DNA of 63,885 nucleotides, counting the filler, from Octopus bimaculoides (Eukaryota), in the NCBI RefSeq assembly GCF_001194135.2. It is 6 parts of 5 records of this genome, joined end to end, with 100 filler letters (N's around TTAATTAATTAA, not from the genome) between each part and the next. Parts side by side here need not be neighbours in the genome. Positions count along the whole stretch, not along the records: positions 1 to 6,346 come from NC_069002.1; positions 6,447 to 16,457 come from NC_068990.1; 4 more parts are not named here. One strand, 5' to 3'. Shown here one piece after another: positions 1 to 13,088 of the stretch. Each line of letters begins with the position of its first letter. The first letter of the stretch is position 1. The translations under genes were made by a program, and so were the position numbers. The notes beneath the pieces are model-generated. The model saw only the letters and a program-made list of their open reading frames with translations. It made no database searches and was not told the origin of the DNA.

Positions 1-292
1 GGGTATGTGATTGTGTGCGTGTAATTAAATATAGTCCTTAATTATCAACTTAATAACTTTTTATTGATTTCTCTCAGAATATCAATATCAATAAATTGCC
101 TCTATACTGTCTGTATGTGTATGTTTGTGTTTGTGTGTGTGTATGTGTCTGTGTGTGTGTGCTCACACACACACATACATACAAACATATATGTACATAC
201 ACTCGCACACACATACATACAAAAATGTATATATCTAGGTAAAAAGTAAAAAAATACACACAGACACACTCATATATATATATATATATATA

Positions 293-325
<33 letters not shown>

Positions 326-605
326 AATAAATTACGGTGATTTGGAATAGAAAGCAGCTCCAAGATTGACAAAACGGTTCTTGACAATCAAACCAAAATC
401 TCAATCAATTTCTGCCTATATTTCTTGAGTAAACAAAAAAAAAACCTTCCACTTCCGATCGCAATGGACTTTCATTCACTCTTAGAAACCAAGACTGGAC
501 AAATGGGTTCTGAGGTCAAACAGGTGCGACGATTAAATGCTTTAAGTGACCCCTCCCCACTCCCAGCACCTCTGATGTCTTTAATTAATACATTATTGAA
601 CACTA

Positions 606-1497
606 GTGATGATGATGATGATGAGGAGGAGGTGGAGGAGGATAACAACAATGACGATGGTAATGATGATAGTGATGATGATGATGATGATGACAATGGT
701 TGGGGTAATGGTGTTGGTCATGGTAGTTGTGGTGGTGATAGTGGAGGTGGTGGTGGTGGTGGTGGTGGTAGTGGTGGTGGTGGTGGTCATCGTTGTCATC
801 ATCATCATGGTGGTTGCAGTAGTGGTGGTTGTGGCAGTAGCGGCAGTGGTNNNNNNNNNNNNNNNNNNNNNNNNNNNNNNNNNNNNNNNNNNNNNNNNNN
901 NNNNNNNNNNNNNNNNNNNNNNNNNNNNNNNNNNNNNNNNNNNNNNNNNNNNNNNNNNNNNNNNNNNNNNNNNNNNNNNNNNNNNNNNNNNNNNNNNNNN
1001 NNNNNNNNNNNNNNNNNNNNNNNNNNNNNNNNNNNNNNNNNNNNNNNNNNNNNNNNNNNNNNNNNNNNTGGTGGTGGTGGTGGTGGTGGTGGTGGTGGTG
1101 ATAGTAGAGGTGGATGTGGTGACTGTGGTGCTGGTGGTGGTAGTTGTAGTGGGTGTGGTGGCGGTGCCAATGTTACTGGAGATGACTTTTAGAATGGTGA
1201 CCGTTTCGATTGTGTTGGTCATGGCAGTGTTGGAGTAGTGGAGGCAGTTGTAGTGGTGGTGTTAGTGTTGGTGTTGGCATAGTCAGGTTTGTGGTTTCTC
1301 AGTAAAGGAGGGTGGAAGGCAAGATGCAGGGTGGACGTGTCGGACAGCAGGCATGTTGGTATGTGTGTGTGCGTGTGTGTGTGTGTGTATGTTTTAGTCA
1401 ATGTGAGTGTGTATATGTGTGTGCGTGAGGGGACAATAGTGTGTGTGAGTGAGAGAACTGAGTATTGTGTGTGTGTGAATATGTAAGTGTTTAAGAG

Positions 1498-1541
<44 letters not shown>

Positions 1542-1806
1542 AACAACAGTATGTATGAGTGAGGGAACTGAATAGAGTGCATGCGTATGTGTATGCACAT
1601 GTGAGTGTTTGTGTGTGTGTGTGTGTGAGAGAGTGCTTGTGTGTGTGTGTGTGAGAGTGCTTGTGTGGGTGTGTGTATGTGTATATGTGTAAGTGTGTGT
1701 GTGTGTATGTGACGTGTGAATGTTTGTGTGTGTGTCCATGCATGTGTGTGTGTGGTGTGTGGGGGTGTTTGGGGTGTGTGTGTGTGTGTGTATCTCTCTG
1801 TGTCAA
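606..1806. repeat. Compound microsatellite block (GAT, GGT, GT)
   Basis: Direct inspection. Similar blocks at 4150-4650 (CAT/CAC), 30190-30560, 34110-34260, 37590-37670, 50210-50330, 54675-54800 and 61885-61958. Confidence 0.95.
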
Positions 1807-2901
1807 GAAGAATCAAGAGGGGAAGGAATTAATGGTTGAATAAACGGTTGTCGAAGACATTGGCAAAGAACTTGTGTAAGCGTGGTTCTGCAGTAAGAAG
1901 CTTGCTTCCAAACCACATGGTTCCAGGTTCAGTCCCACTGCAAGGCACATTGCGCAAATGTCTTCAACTATAGCCCTGGGATGACCAAAGCCTTGTGAGT
2001 GGATTTGGTATATGGAAACTGAAAGAAGCCCATCATATATACATGTGTGTGTGTGTGTTTGTGTCTTTGTTTATATATATATATATATAGGAAAATGAAA
2101 AAAAGCCAGAATGCTGAACTGGAAGCATATTTTAATAAAGATTTCTTCTAACCGGTTTTCATTGCGAAAAAGCAAATTATCAAGATATATATATATATAN
2201 NNNNNNNNNNNNNNNNNNNNNNNNNNNNNNNNNNNNNNNNNNNNNNNNNNNNNNNNNNNNNNNNNNNNNNNNNNNNNNNNNNNNNNNNNNNNNNNNNNNN
2301 NNNNNNNNNNNNNNNNNNNNNNNNNNNNNNNNNNNNNNNNNNNNNNNNNNNNNNNNNNNNNNNNNNNNNNNNNNNNNNNNNNNNNNNNNNNNNNNNNNNN
2401 NNNNNNNNNNNNNNNNNNNNNNNNNNNNNNNNNNNNNNNNNNNNNNNNNNNNAATTTATCCAACTAAGCCCTTCTCAGCGGTGCCCCTCCCCCAACATGA
2501 CTGCCATCCAATGATTGAAGCAAGTGAAAGATAGAAAACAAGAGATAAACCAAAACCAATTCTTTATTTTTGAAGTAGTCTCCACCACCACCGCCACCTC
2601 TACCACCATAACCACCACCACCAACAACAACAACAACAAAACCAACACCAACACCACCACCAACACCAACGCCACCACCACCAACATTATCATGATTGAT
2701 TTCACGTCTGTTTTCCATGCTGGTATGGGTTGGATAGTTTGACAGGATCCGGTGAGCCGCTGGGCCTGCATACCTGATGTAGCATTGAAAGCTGGAACAA
2801 TTTAACATTCCTAAAAGGAGAATTTAGCTTTTAAATGCAGATTTGCTTGTAAAAGAAGTAAAGAGATGATGTCGAAAGGAAGCCAGAAAGAAGGTACTTA
2901 C

Positions 2902-3091
2902 CCCTCAAAGTTGGTTTCCAAACATACATCCACTTCCTCATGGTCCCAGTTGTCTGTTCGGGAGTCCTTCTGATCGTCTGGGCAAAAGAAGTTTCCATAG
3001 CAACGTTGATGATAGTCAACTCCATGATCCAGAAGAAACTTCACCATGGCTGGGTCTTCATTTACAATGGCCATGTGTAACACATTTTCAC
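2902..3091 (-). CDS. nan: Internal exon of a TRPV channel, Nanchung/OCR-like, ankyrin-repeat region
   Basis: Translates (G)[62 protein letters not shown](G). This closely matches, from memory, Drosophila Nanchung [48 protein letters not shown]...TNYDG. Acceptor is a pyrimidine tract then ...cgtaaag| before 3091; donor GG|GTAAGT after 2902. Length 190 bp, phase 1 to 2. Confidence 0.88.
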
Positions 3092-3155
3092 CTTTACGAA
3101 AGAGAAAGAGAGAGAGAGAGAGAAAGGGAAAATAGTTTTAATATTACAATTATAT

Positions 3156-3558
3156 CAGGAGTGGCTGTGTGGTAAGTAGCTTGCTTACCAACCACATTGT
3201 TCCGGGTTCAGTTCCACTTTGTGGCACCTTGGGCAAAGTGTCGTCTACTATAGCCTCTGGCCGACCAAAGTCTTGTGAGTGGATTTGGTAGACGGAAACT
3301 AAAATAAGCCCATTGTATATATATGTATATATAGATATATGTATGTGTGTTTGTGTGTCTGTGTTTGTGACCCCAACATCGCTTGACAACTGATGCTGGT
3401 GTGTTTATGTCCCCGTAACTTAGCGGTTCGGCAAAAGAGACCGATAGAATAAGTACTAGGCTTCTAAAGAATAAGTCATGGGGTCGATTTGCTGGACTAG
3501 AAGGCGGTGCTCCAGCATGGCCACAGTCAAAAGACTGAAACAAATAAAAGAGTAAAGA

Positions 3559-3560
<2 letters not shown>
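3156..3560 (+). mobile_element. tRNA-derived SINE, full-length copy
   Basis: Pol III-like head ggagtggctgtgtggtaagtagcttgct...ggttcagttccac, a central (TG/TA) tract, and tail ...gcggtgctccagcatggccacagtc..gactgaaacaa.taaaagagtaaagag. Homologous copies lie at about 1860-2070, 18760-18960(-), 27855-27960(-), 44690-44825(-), 52059-52455, 53100-53500 and 57620-57785(-). Confidence 0.88.
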
Positions 3561-3614
<54 letters not shown>

Positions 3615-4147
3615 TTGTGTGTGTGTGTGTATATGTTTGTGTGTGTGTGTGTATATGTTTGTGTGTGTGTGTGTGAATATGTGTATGTAGATATATGGAT
3701 GTCAGTTTACTCAGCTGGAAAGAAAAAATGAGTAATCCTACGACCAACGGACCGCATCCCATCCAGTGGGGCGTGAAGCAGGGAGGGATATATTCACCAC
3801 AGAATCTAGGGAAATCAGCTTTATGAGCCTATGCCACACAAAAGACCTTTGATCATTTTTTTTATATGTATGTGTATATATGTATGTGTATATGTGTATG
3901 TGTGTGTTTGTTTAATTATATGCATATGGGTGGTCCTATTCCAATATTGTCATCAATCTCATTTATTCTTGAGTAACCCACCACTCCTCCTTCTCCTCCT
4001 CCTACTCTTGAAACTTGATATGCTGCTCCATTCCACCACACCCTTCACAGACCCTCAACTCTCTCCACCACCAATGACAACAACAATGATATCAACACCA
4101 TGGAGAAACAGAAAACAGATCAGCCTATGTAACACAGTATGTAGAGC

Positions 4148-4203
<56 letters not shown>

Positions 4204-6346
4204 GCACCACTCACTACTAACACTGCCATCACCACCACCATCATCATAATCATCATATTCACTACACACCATCATCACTACCACCACCACTACAACCACC
4301 ACCACACAACCACCTCCACCACCACAACAACTACCACCACCACAACCACCTCCACCACCACAACAACTACCACCACCACAAACACCTCCACCACCACAAC
4401 AACTACCACCACCACAACTACCACCACCAGCACCACAACCACCACAACAACTACCACCACAACAACTACCACCACCACCACCACCACCACAGCCACCTCC
4501 ACCATCACCACCACAATTACCACCACAACCACAACCTGCCACCACCACAACTACCACCACCACCAACACCTTTGTCATCACCATCATCATTATCATTGTT
4601 ATTATCCCTGCCACCACCACCACCACCACCACCACCACCACCACCATCAAAGACAACAGTGACACCACACCTATGTCACAATAAAAATGAAAACAAACAA
4701 TGGCCGTCACTCACAAGCGAGTGTGATCCGGTGGCTTAATATAGGCAATGGGTTCCCTAATTGTTTTAGGGATCTATTTGGTCACAAGTAGTCACTAACA
4801 GCCCCCTCAGATCCTTAGATCACCCTCCATTGATCATCCAGTGGCACATTCAGGTTGTGGCACCTGGAGAGAGAAACAGAGAAAAAGGAGGAATAGAGAA
4901 AGAGAGGGAGAGAAAGAGAGAGGAAGAGAGAGGGAGAGAGAGAGATGTGCCAGTACTCAGCAGGTACTCCTTTATAGCTGAGTAGACTTAAAGAACATGA
5001 AATGAAGAGCCTTGCTCAAGGACTCACCATGCCCCGCCGTTTATGAATTGAAGCCATGACTTTATAACTGTCAGTCCATGTTTTTATCAGACATGTCTCG
5101 AAAGTAAACCACCAAAACACACACACACACATAGACACATATACACACTACAAACATATACATATACACACTACAAACATATACATATACACACTACAAA
5201 CATATACATATACACACTACAAACATATACATTTACACACATATGCACACACATACACACACATGCACATGCATACACACACACACACATGTGCACATAC
5301 ACACAGACACAAACACACACACACCTGTTTGATGTCACTGATTTAATGCTGACTTAGTCTATCAGACATTTTAACGTTTTTCTTGTTCTGTCTCTTCCTC
5401 TCTCTCTCTCTCTCACTCTCTCTCTCTCTCTCTCTCCCTCTCTCTCNNNNNNNNNNTCTCTCTCTCTCTCTCTCTCTCCCTCTCTCTCTCTCAATGTAAC
5501 CTTGGTCCAACACCAACTCACACATGCCCCTCTCTAAACCACAATAGAAATTCAACCTCTAAAAGCAGGTACTGAAAAGTTACAGGCTTTGGGTAAAAGA
5601 AAATACAGGAGGATCAGTTAATTATGATTTTATTCAACATATTCTCCTCTCAGATTCACACACTTGTTGCAGCAGTCCTTCAATTTTGCTAAGCCCTATA
5701 AGACAACTTAGAAGATTGGGCCCCCAACCAGGCCTTTCAGGATACCCTTAAAGCCAGGAACTTCTCAACACTCTCTCATGTGTGTATGCATATATATTTA
5801 TATATAGATATATATATGAGGTGCTTAAAGCCAAGAACTTTTCATAACCTCCCTGTACTTTTAACCGACTCCATTACCGAAATATCTAAAACAGGATGTA
5901 TAATATGGCTTAAAGGACAACACAAAACAAAATGGTCTAAAAAGTCTCACACTATCATTCTAACTATTCTAGGGGTGGTTGTATTCTTTTAATTCACATC
6001 CTGTTTGTGAAAAGGATATCACGTTGCCCTAAATATATAAATGTGTGTGCATGTGCATATACATACATACACACAGACGCAATATATGGATTCGAGTAAT
6101 CTGGCAGTACTCATAGAAAAAAGGTCCTTAATGTATCATTATGCAAACCATATAAAATATATAGTAAAAGAAACTGATAAGGAGTGTATAAAGTCTTAAA
6201 CGACAGAGAAATAGTTTAATGAAACTTTATTTAACGACAAATAAAGATTCAGTGAATTTGCCTTTTAACAGCTGAAATATGTCACAAACACATTTTAACT
6301 AACCTAAACTTTGCATATACATATATATATATATATATACATATAT

Positions 6347-6446
6347 NNNNNNNNNNNNNNNNNNNNNNNNNNNNNNNNNNNNNNNNNNNNTTAATTAATT
6401 AANNNNNNNNNNNNNNNNNNNNNNNNNNNNNNNNNNNNNNNNNNNN
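6347..6446. other. Assembly placeholder: N44-TTAATTAATTAA-N44 (gap of unknown size)
   Basis: An identical 12-mer with stops in all six frames, centred in 100 bp N-blocks. Occurs at 6391, 16502, 19029, 33970 and 62704. Confidence 0.92.
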
Positions 6447-6625
6447 AAAAGCACCCACTACACTCTCTGAGTGGTTGGCGTTAGGAAGGGCATCCAGCTG
6501 TAGAAACTCTGCCAAATCAGACTGGAGCCTGGTGTTGCCATCCGGTTTCACTAGTCCTCAGTCAAATCGTCCAACCCATGCTAGCATGGAAAGCGGACGT
6601 TAAACGATGATGATGATGATGATGA
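6447..6625 (+). mobile_element. 5'-truncated RTE-tail repeat
   Basis: gagtggttggcgttaggaagggcatccagctgtagaaactctgcc...catgctagcatggaaagcggacgttaaacgatgatgat matches 15845-16010. Confidence 0.8.
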
Positions 6626-6754
6626 TATATATATAGGGAGAATTCACAAAAAAACAAAAATGAAGACAGGTGGTGTAGACAACACACAAAACTGGTTGAA
6701 GTGTGATATTGATGATGATGATGATGAGGAGGAGGAGGAGGATAATAAACATAC

Positions 6755-7914
6755 CTGTTTATATTGCTTCTTATTTTTTCATCTTCATCTTCACTATCAC
6801 TTTGAATTTGGCCTTGTATCCTACGTTTTATTTGTTCTGATTCTGAATCAGAATTTTCACTGTCTGTAAAAAGATTTTCTCTTTTATTCTTAACATGAGA
6901 GAGAGGCAGAGGACTGGCTACTGGAGCAACAGGAGAATCAGGTTGACTGTTCTGAACATTGGAAATATTTAAAGGGGATTTCACTGAACCTGCTGAACTT
7001 GACTGACTTTTGTGTGATGCTGATGATTTAGAATCAATCCTTTGAGGAGACATATAACCACCACTGTGCTGGGAAGCTGGAGAGCCAGATTGACTCCTTC
7101 GTGACCTAGAGCGACTTCTATTTGAAACAGATGACCCTGACTGACTTTGGTGGGATACTGGTGACCGAGAAGCACTATGCCGAGATCCAGATAAACTTCT
7201 CTGTGATTCAGCAGAACCTGAACGCCATGACCTGGATTCACTGTGATGTGATGCAGGAGAGCCAGAAACACTTCTGTGAGAACTTGAGTGACTTTGTTGA
7301 GATGCAACTGATCCTGAGCGACTTCTGTGGACTGACCGAGATTCATTTTGACGCAATGGAGACCATGAACTACTTCTATGAGAGGCAGCTGAATCTGAGC
7401 GTTGACTTTGTGCAGAATCAGAACGACTTCTCTGTGAAGCAGGAGAACCTGACCGACTTCTGGACTGTGATGGACTGTCTAAGGGAGACCTAGAGTGTTG
7501 ATTGAGTGGAGAAGGAGACTGACTTTGATTTGAGTTACTTTTTGGCACAGACATTGGAGAATGGATTGGACTCCGGGGGGATGTTGAACGACTTCGATCT
7601 GATCTACTATGAACAGGAGAAACTGAGGGACTGCGATTTGCACTGGATGTAGATTCAGGATGATTAGGAGCATCAACATCATTATTATCATCATCCTCAT
7701 TATTATTGTCATCTTCCTCATTATCATCTGAAATATTTTCATCAGAATTTCTTTCAACTTCTTCTCTTTCTACTTCTTCATCTTCCAATTCACGCTGAAC
7801 ATCTTCACGTACAAATTCTCCTCCATCACTGATATACTCATCAGAATCAGCAGCTCTGCAATTCTTTAAAGAATTTCTATGATTTTCTTCGTCATCATCA
7901 CTATTCTCAATGTC
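6755..7914 (-). CDS. Large internal exon encoding an acidic plus Ser/Arg/His-rich low-complexity region of a probable nuclear protein (IWS1/LEO1/CTR9/PAF1-tail-like composition)
   Basis: 1160 bp open frame DIENSDDDEEN...RSRSGSPASQRSRSDSAQSQ...SDSEDEDEKIRSNINR. Bounded by tttttcttgcag| (phase 0) and AG|GTATGT (phase 2). Codons are varied, so it is not a microsatellite. No globular domain, so identity is unresolved. Confidence 0.8.
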
Positions 7915-9869
7915 CTGCAAGAAAAACATACAATTATTTACTTTTGTGATTAGATATAACAATTAGTGATGGGAAGAAGGAATTATTACATTTATGCCTT
8001 TCTTAAAAATATCTGTGATGTAACATGATATTAGGTTGATGATTCAGTATGCCATGGCTTACTTTATCAACATCATTTTCAATAAATCTAAGTACAATAT
8101 AGTTTTTAACATTAAGGAACTCCTTATTAACCAAATTACAATACTAGTGCAAACAAAAGCAAAACACATCAATTTAAATCAATTTATCGTCATTATAACA
8201 AGTGTATGATGGTAACACTAACAGAACTACATTGTATTAGTGGCCAAAATAAACATGTAATAGTTGTTGAATCTATGTATGCCTCTATCTTGTGACAAAA
8301 TTGAGGCAATTTACTAATATCTAGCCAGTTGCATTTCACATTTGTTGAGGTCACAGTTACAAGGTGCCATTGGTACTAACAAATTACTAATTTACTGAAT
8401 AATAGGAAGATTATCAGAAAAAGTAGTGTTTATAAGTGGAAGATGCACAGGAGTCATAAAAACTACAGACATGAAGACAGAGAAAGCAGCCAAGCCATTA
8501 TAGACAGTTGCTGAGATGGTGAAAATATCTGGTGCAGTAGAGTACACAATAGTCAGTCACTGATGTCAATCAAAATGTACATTGTCATCCCCAATGGTCA
8601 GTATTGTGGTACAATCTGTATCAACTGATTCAAGAACAAAAAAAGGAAAAAAAGAAGCTACTTCAGAGGAATCAAACTGGTGGCCCAAATCATGATAGTA
8701 ACAGAAAGAGTAAAAGAAAAACTCATTAGAAAGAAAATAAGATTAGATGAAATGCAATTCAGGTTTGTACAAAAGAATTTCCCTCAATACTCTTTCCTTT
8801 GAAAAACAACTACAGAACTTTTTAGCAGAGACTAAACAACTATATCTAACATTTACTGACCTAAAGAAATCATAATATCCAATATAAGTGTGCATGAATT
8901 AAAAAACTTGATATTGATGAATACTGCAGACACCATGTACACAGACATTGTCAGAAAAGTGAAAGCTAACAATGAGATCAGGAAGACACATGAAAATCAA
9001 ATAGTTGAACTTTTTGCCTTGTCTTGATGTGACATGTCATGGAAACTAAGTTCATAATGCTATGAATTAAATTTGATAACTTCATTTTACTTTTGCTTTA
9101 TTTTGGTGTTTAGTTAAATCAAGTTTGTTGTGGTTACCAACCATTCTTTGAGATATTTTCATGCGAATTGGACAATACAGAATATTTCAATTTAAACAGG
9201 TGTCTGGAAAAGAACATTCTCAGAGAACTTTACTCCAAAACTTGCCTTTTCAATGTCACAGCTGAAATGCAATTTGTCAAAAAATAAATAAATAAATAAG
9301 ATACACTTTTAACTGCTGATCAATAAAATTTTGTTGTGAACTGTAACCCTACTTCACTTCTATTCACATGTGCATTTCAAACAAAGTTTTTTTTTTTTTT
9401 TTTTTGGAGAAATTAAGCATTTCATCCTCCACATGTCATGTCCAGACTTATGGAATGGCTCTATACATATGTATATACAAAGGTACAAAATGAATTCATG
9501 TATAAATAACAATACATATGCATACATAACAGATAGACTGAACACTATGTGAATACTGACTGTAAGACCCCAGACATAAATAGAAAAAAGGGGCATCAGA
9601 GACAGATAGAAATCTGAGATATGGGGAGGGGGAGCAGAGGTAAATGAAGTTATAAAATTGTTGACAAGATTAGTGGTTTTAAGTATTCTAGCCACATTGA
9701 CAATTAACAGGCAAATAAAATAAGTACACACACACATACACACACACACATAGAGAGAGAAAGATAACCACACACATAGAGACAGAGGGAGAGCACATAG
9801 GTCTAAATATTGTGTGTGTGTGTGTACATACACAGGTATACAAATACAGAGGTATTTACATACATACAT

Positions 9870-10680
9870 ACATAATATGCAATATAAGTGTGCATGAATA
9901 TCATAGTACAAATATGCTGAGAGAAAGACTGGGTATAAGAGGAATCAGATGTAGTGTACAAGAAAGAAAACTGTACTGGTACAGACATGTGATTTGTATG
10001 GATGAGGACATGTGATTTGTATGGCTGGAGCTTGTGGAAAAGGAAAACCCAGGAAAACATGGGATGAAGTGGTGAATGGTGACCCGCAGACCCTGAGGCA
10101 CACGGGGTAATTACAATGGATTGAGATTTCTGACGCTATGAGATCCTCATGAAAACCTGCTCATCATGATGACACTGACTTCTGGGAATATTGCATGGGT
10201 ATATATTGTCTAAGGGACAAACTATCAGAGTTGACAGTTGTACAATAGATAAGGCAATTAAGGATATGAAGAAAGAGAAAGCACCTAGACCATCAGGAAT
10301 CACCACTGAGATGCTTAAAACTTCTGGTGGTGTCACAGCATAGTCACTCATATAGTTAATCAGGTTATCCAGGAAGATGTCATCCCCAATGGCTGGTGTA
10401 TTACAGTTAGCTGCTACAAGTATAAAGTTGATGCCTTAGATAGAAACAACTATAGAGGTATCAAACTGCTGGACCAGGTCATGAAAGTTACAGAGAGAGT
10501 TATAGCCCAAATAATTAGGAATAGAATTAAACTAGATGAGATGCAGTTTGGTTCTGTACCTGGAAAGAGTACCAAAGATACCATCTTCCTAGTGAGACAG
10601 CTGCAGGAGTAAAATCTACTTGGCTTTTGTTGACATGGAGAAAGTTTTTGACAAAGTCCCTCGCTCTGTTATTTGGTGGT
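9870..10680 (+). mobile_element. Two rearranged fragments of the same RTE LINE family
   Basis: 9870-10180 reads LRERLGIRGIRCSVQERKLYWYRHV...GKPRKTWDEVV (3' end). 10220-10680 reads MKKEKAP.PSGITTEMLK...NYRGIKLLDQVMKV...VDMEKVFDKVPRSVIWW (RT start). Confidence 0.88.
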
Positions 10681-11136
10681 ACCCCAATAAACCAAATTAC
10701 ATCTCCCCCTTCTCCACTTCCTCTTTTTCATGCACTAACCTTATCTCTTCCTCCCCACTCCTGCAGCTCAATCCTGTCCTCCCTGCCCAGTGTATCATTA
10801 TGTTTCATCAGTCACTATATTCTACTGCCTTCCCCCTTCTTTGCATTCACATGAACTCCCTACTCATGCACCCTTAGCAATACTCCACCATCCAATTAAT
10901 ATTCTCACCCCTGTACCTTGAGAGTATGCCCTGGTACACTGCTATCATTTCTCTCACACTCAATGTCTTCCACTCTCCAACTGTAGTAACCATGTACCTC
11001 CTCTACAGCAAGATACCAGTTTCAGTCCCTCTGGCATACTCTAGCCTCCCCTTACCTAGTACAAACTGCCTCCTTCAATACTTCCCTCTGAGTCGAAGGA
11101 TGTTTGTCTTGCAAGTTACCTGGTGACCTTGCTGGT

Positions 11137-11520
11137 GCTGGTGCCATGCTAAAGCATCCAGTCTACACTGTAAAGTGGTTGGCATTAGGAAGGGCATCCA
11201 GCCATTAAAAACCATGCCAAAACAGACCTTGCCAGTGTTGGTGCCATGTCAAAAGTACTCGGTCCACTCAGTAAAGTGGTTGATGTTAGGAAAGGTATCC
11301 AGCTATAAAAATGATGCCAAAACAGACCGTGCCAGTGCTGGTGCCATGTAAAAAACACCCAGTCCACTCTGTAAAGTGGCTGGTGTTAGGAAGGATATCC
11401 AACCATAAAAACCATGCCAAAACTGACAGTGGAGTTGGTGCAGTCCTTTGGCTTGCCAGTTCCTGTCAAACTGTCCAATTCATGCCAGCATGGAAAATGG
11501 ATGTTAAATGATGATGATAA
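11137..11520 (+). mobile_element. RTE 3'-tail-derived repeat with three ~100 bp tandem units
   Basis: Three copies of gctggtgccatg..aaagcacccagt..ctgtaaagtggttggc.ttaggaagggcatccag..aaaaccatgccaaaac. These are followed by ccatgccagcatggaaaatggatgttaaatgatgatg, which matches the tail at 15840-16010. Confidence 0.75.
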
Positions 11521-11555
11521 TATATATATATATATATATATATATNNNNNNNNNN

Positions 11556-11599
<44 letters not shown>

Positions 11600-13088
11600 T
11601 AGAAGAGACACCCAGCATTGCTTAGGATTAAAATGGTATAGTTTGTATATATACATTACACTTATGTTGAAACAAGTGATATGGGAAAGTGCAGCATTGA
11701 CGACAAAACATTTGTAGAGTAAATGACAACCTAATTTGACTAAGTGACATGTAATACGTCCATTAGGAGGATTCCAGCCCTAAACCTGTCATGGAAAATT
11801 GGGAGTGGGTTATGTAATTTTTGAACCCACCATAAAGCTGTCAATGGATATACTCGCCTTTAAGGTGGTCAGCACTGCTTCTAACATGACCCATCATATG
11901 GTTGACAGTGAAATGAATGGAGGTGTAATGGAAGTGAAAAGAGTACATTCCGGAAATGGAAGTGTAATGGGAGAGGGCAACAGGAAAGTGAACAGTTGAA
12001 ATGTTGCAGAAGGTGAAGGGTTGACATTGCATTGCTTATGTGGCTGTAGAATAAGAAACATAAAGTGAGCCTATGCAGTCACATGAAAATATGTAGCAAT
12101 GAATTACTTGCAAAAATAAGGCATAATGGCTTACCGTGTGGCTGGTGGTAGTAATTGGAGAAAATGCTTTGGCACTAAAGTCCACGCAGGAAACTGCTTT
12201 GTTGATATTTTTATATAAATAGATATGTATATGTATGTGTAGATGTGTGTGTGTGTTTAATAACATACCTAACATGGAAAAAGACACTTTATGAGATATA
12301 CACACACTCATACACTCACAGACAGACATACTTTCATGCATGTCAGTTGTCACATATGTATATGTATGTGTAGATGTGTGTATGTTTAATAACATACCTA
12401 AAAAGCACACACACTATGAGACATATACACACTCATTATTTACATTTGATAGATATTTGCCCTCATCTTGTATGTTAACACAACATTTTGGCTTCATCAG
12501 GTGTCTTGGGGAAATTTCGAACCTGGGTTCTCAATCCTAAGCAATTTTTTCGATGTTATTATTATTATTATTCAGGTCACTGCCTAGAATCGAACTCGGA
12601 ATCTTGGGGTTAGTAGCCTGCACTCTTAACCACTATGCCATATGCCTGTGTGATTAGAATTAAAAGTAAAAGTATAAAAGCGAAACAATATATCACATTA
12701 CAATATAGATGTTATTTTTCACTTTCATTCTCTGACTTTTGACATGTAATACCAAACCAGTGCCAATGTTGCATTGTTTTAAATCCAAATGACAAAAAAT
12801 TGCAGGTTGACACTCACGGGGTCTGATAGTATTACCATGTAAAATTTGATTTGATTTGGTTGAGCTGTTTGAGAATGCATTGGGAACAGACAGACAGAGA
12901 GAGACAAAGGATTTTAGATATATATAGATATACAAGCAGAGATACCTGGTGTTGCCAGGGATCAAAATGCCATAGTTTTTTATTGTTTTACTTGTTTCAG
13001 TCATGTGACTGCAGCCATGCTAGAGAACCACTTTTAGTCAAATAAATCAACCCCCAATATTTATTCTTTGTAAGCCTAGTACTTATTC

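Noticed and set aside
425-1843. ORFs with poly-G, D, T, V, HT or CV runs
   Set aside because: They are translations of GAT, GGT and GT microsatellites and N-runs, with no splice-bounded, codon-diverse core.
3156-3230. tRNA gene
   Set aside because: It has only A/B-box-like remnants fused to a SINE body, with no complete cloverleaf.
6391-6402. Recurrent palindrome TTAATTAATTAA as a biological motif
   Set aside because: It is always centred in N44 flanks, so it is a scaffolding placeholder.
6981-7757. Overlapping ORFs inside the SR-rich exon
   Set aside because: Shadow frames caused by low-complexity coding on the real frame.
8540-8730. Short open frames on both strands (for example WYNLYQLIQEQKKEKKKLLQ...)
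   Set aside because: Each is under about 60 codons, bounded by stops, with no consistent splice pair or homology.
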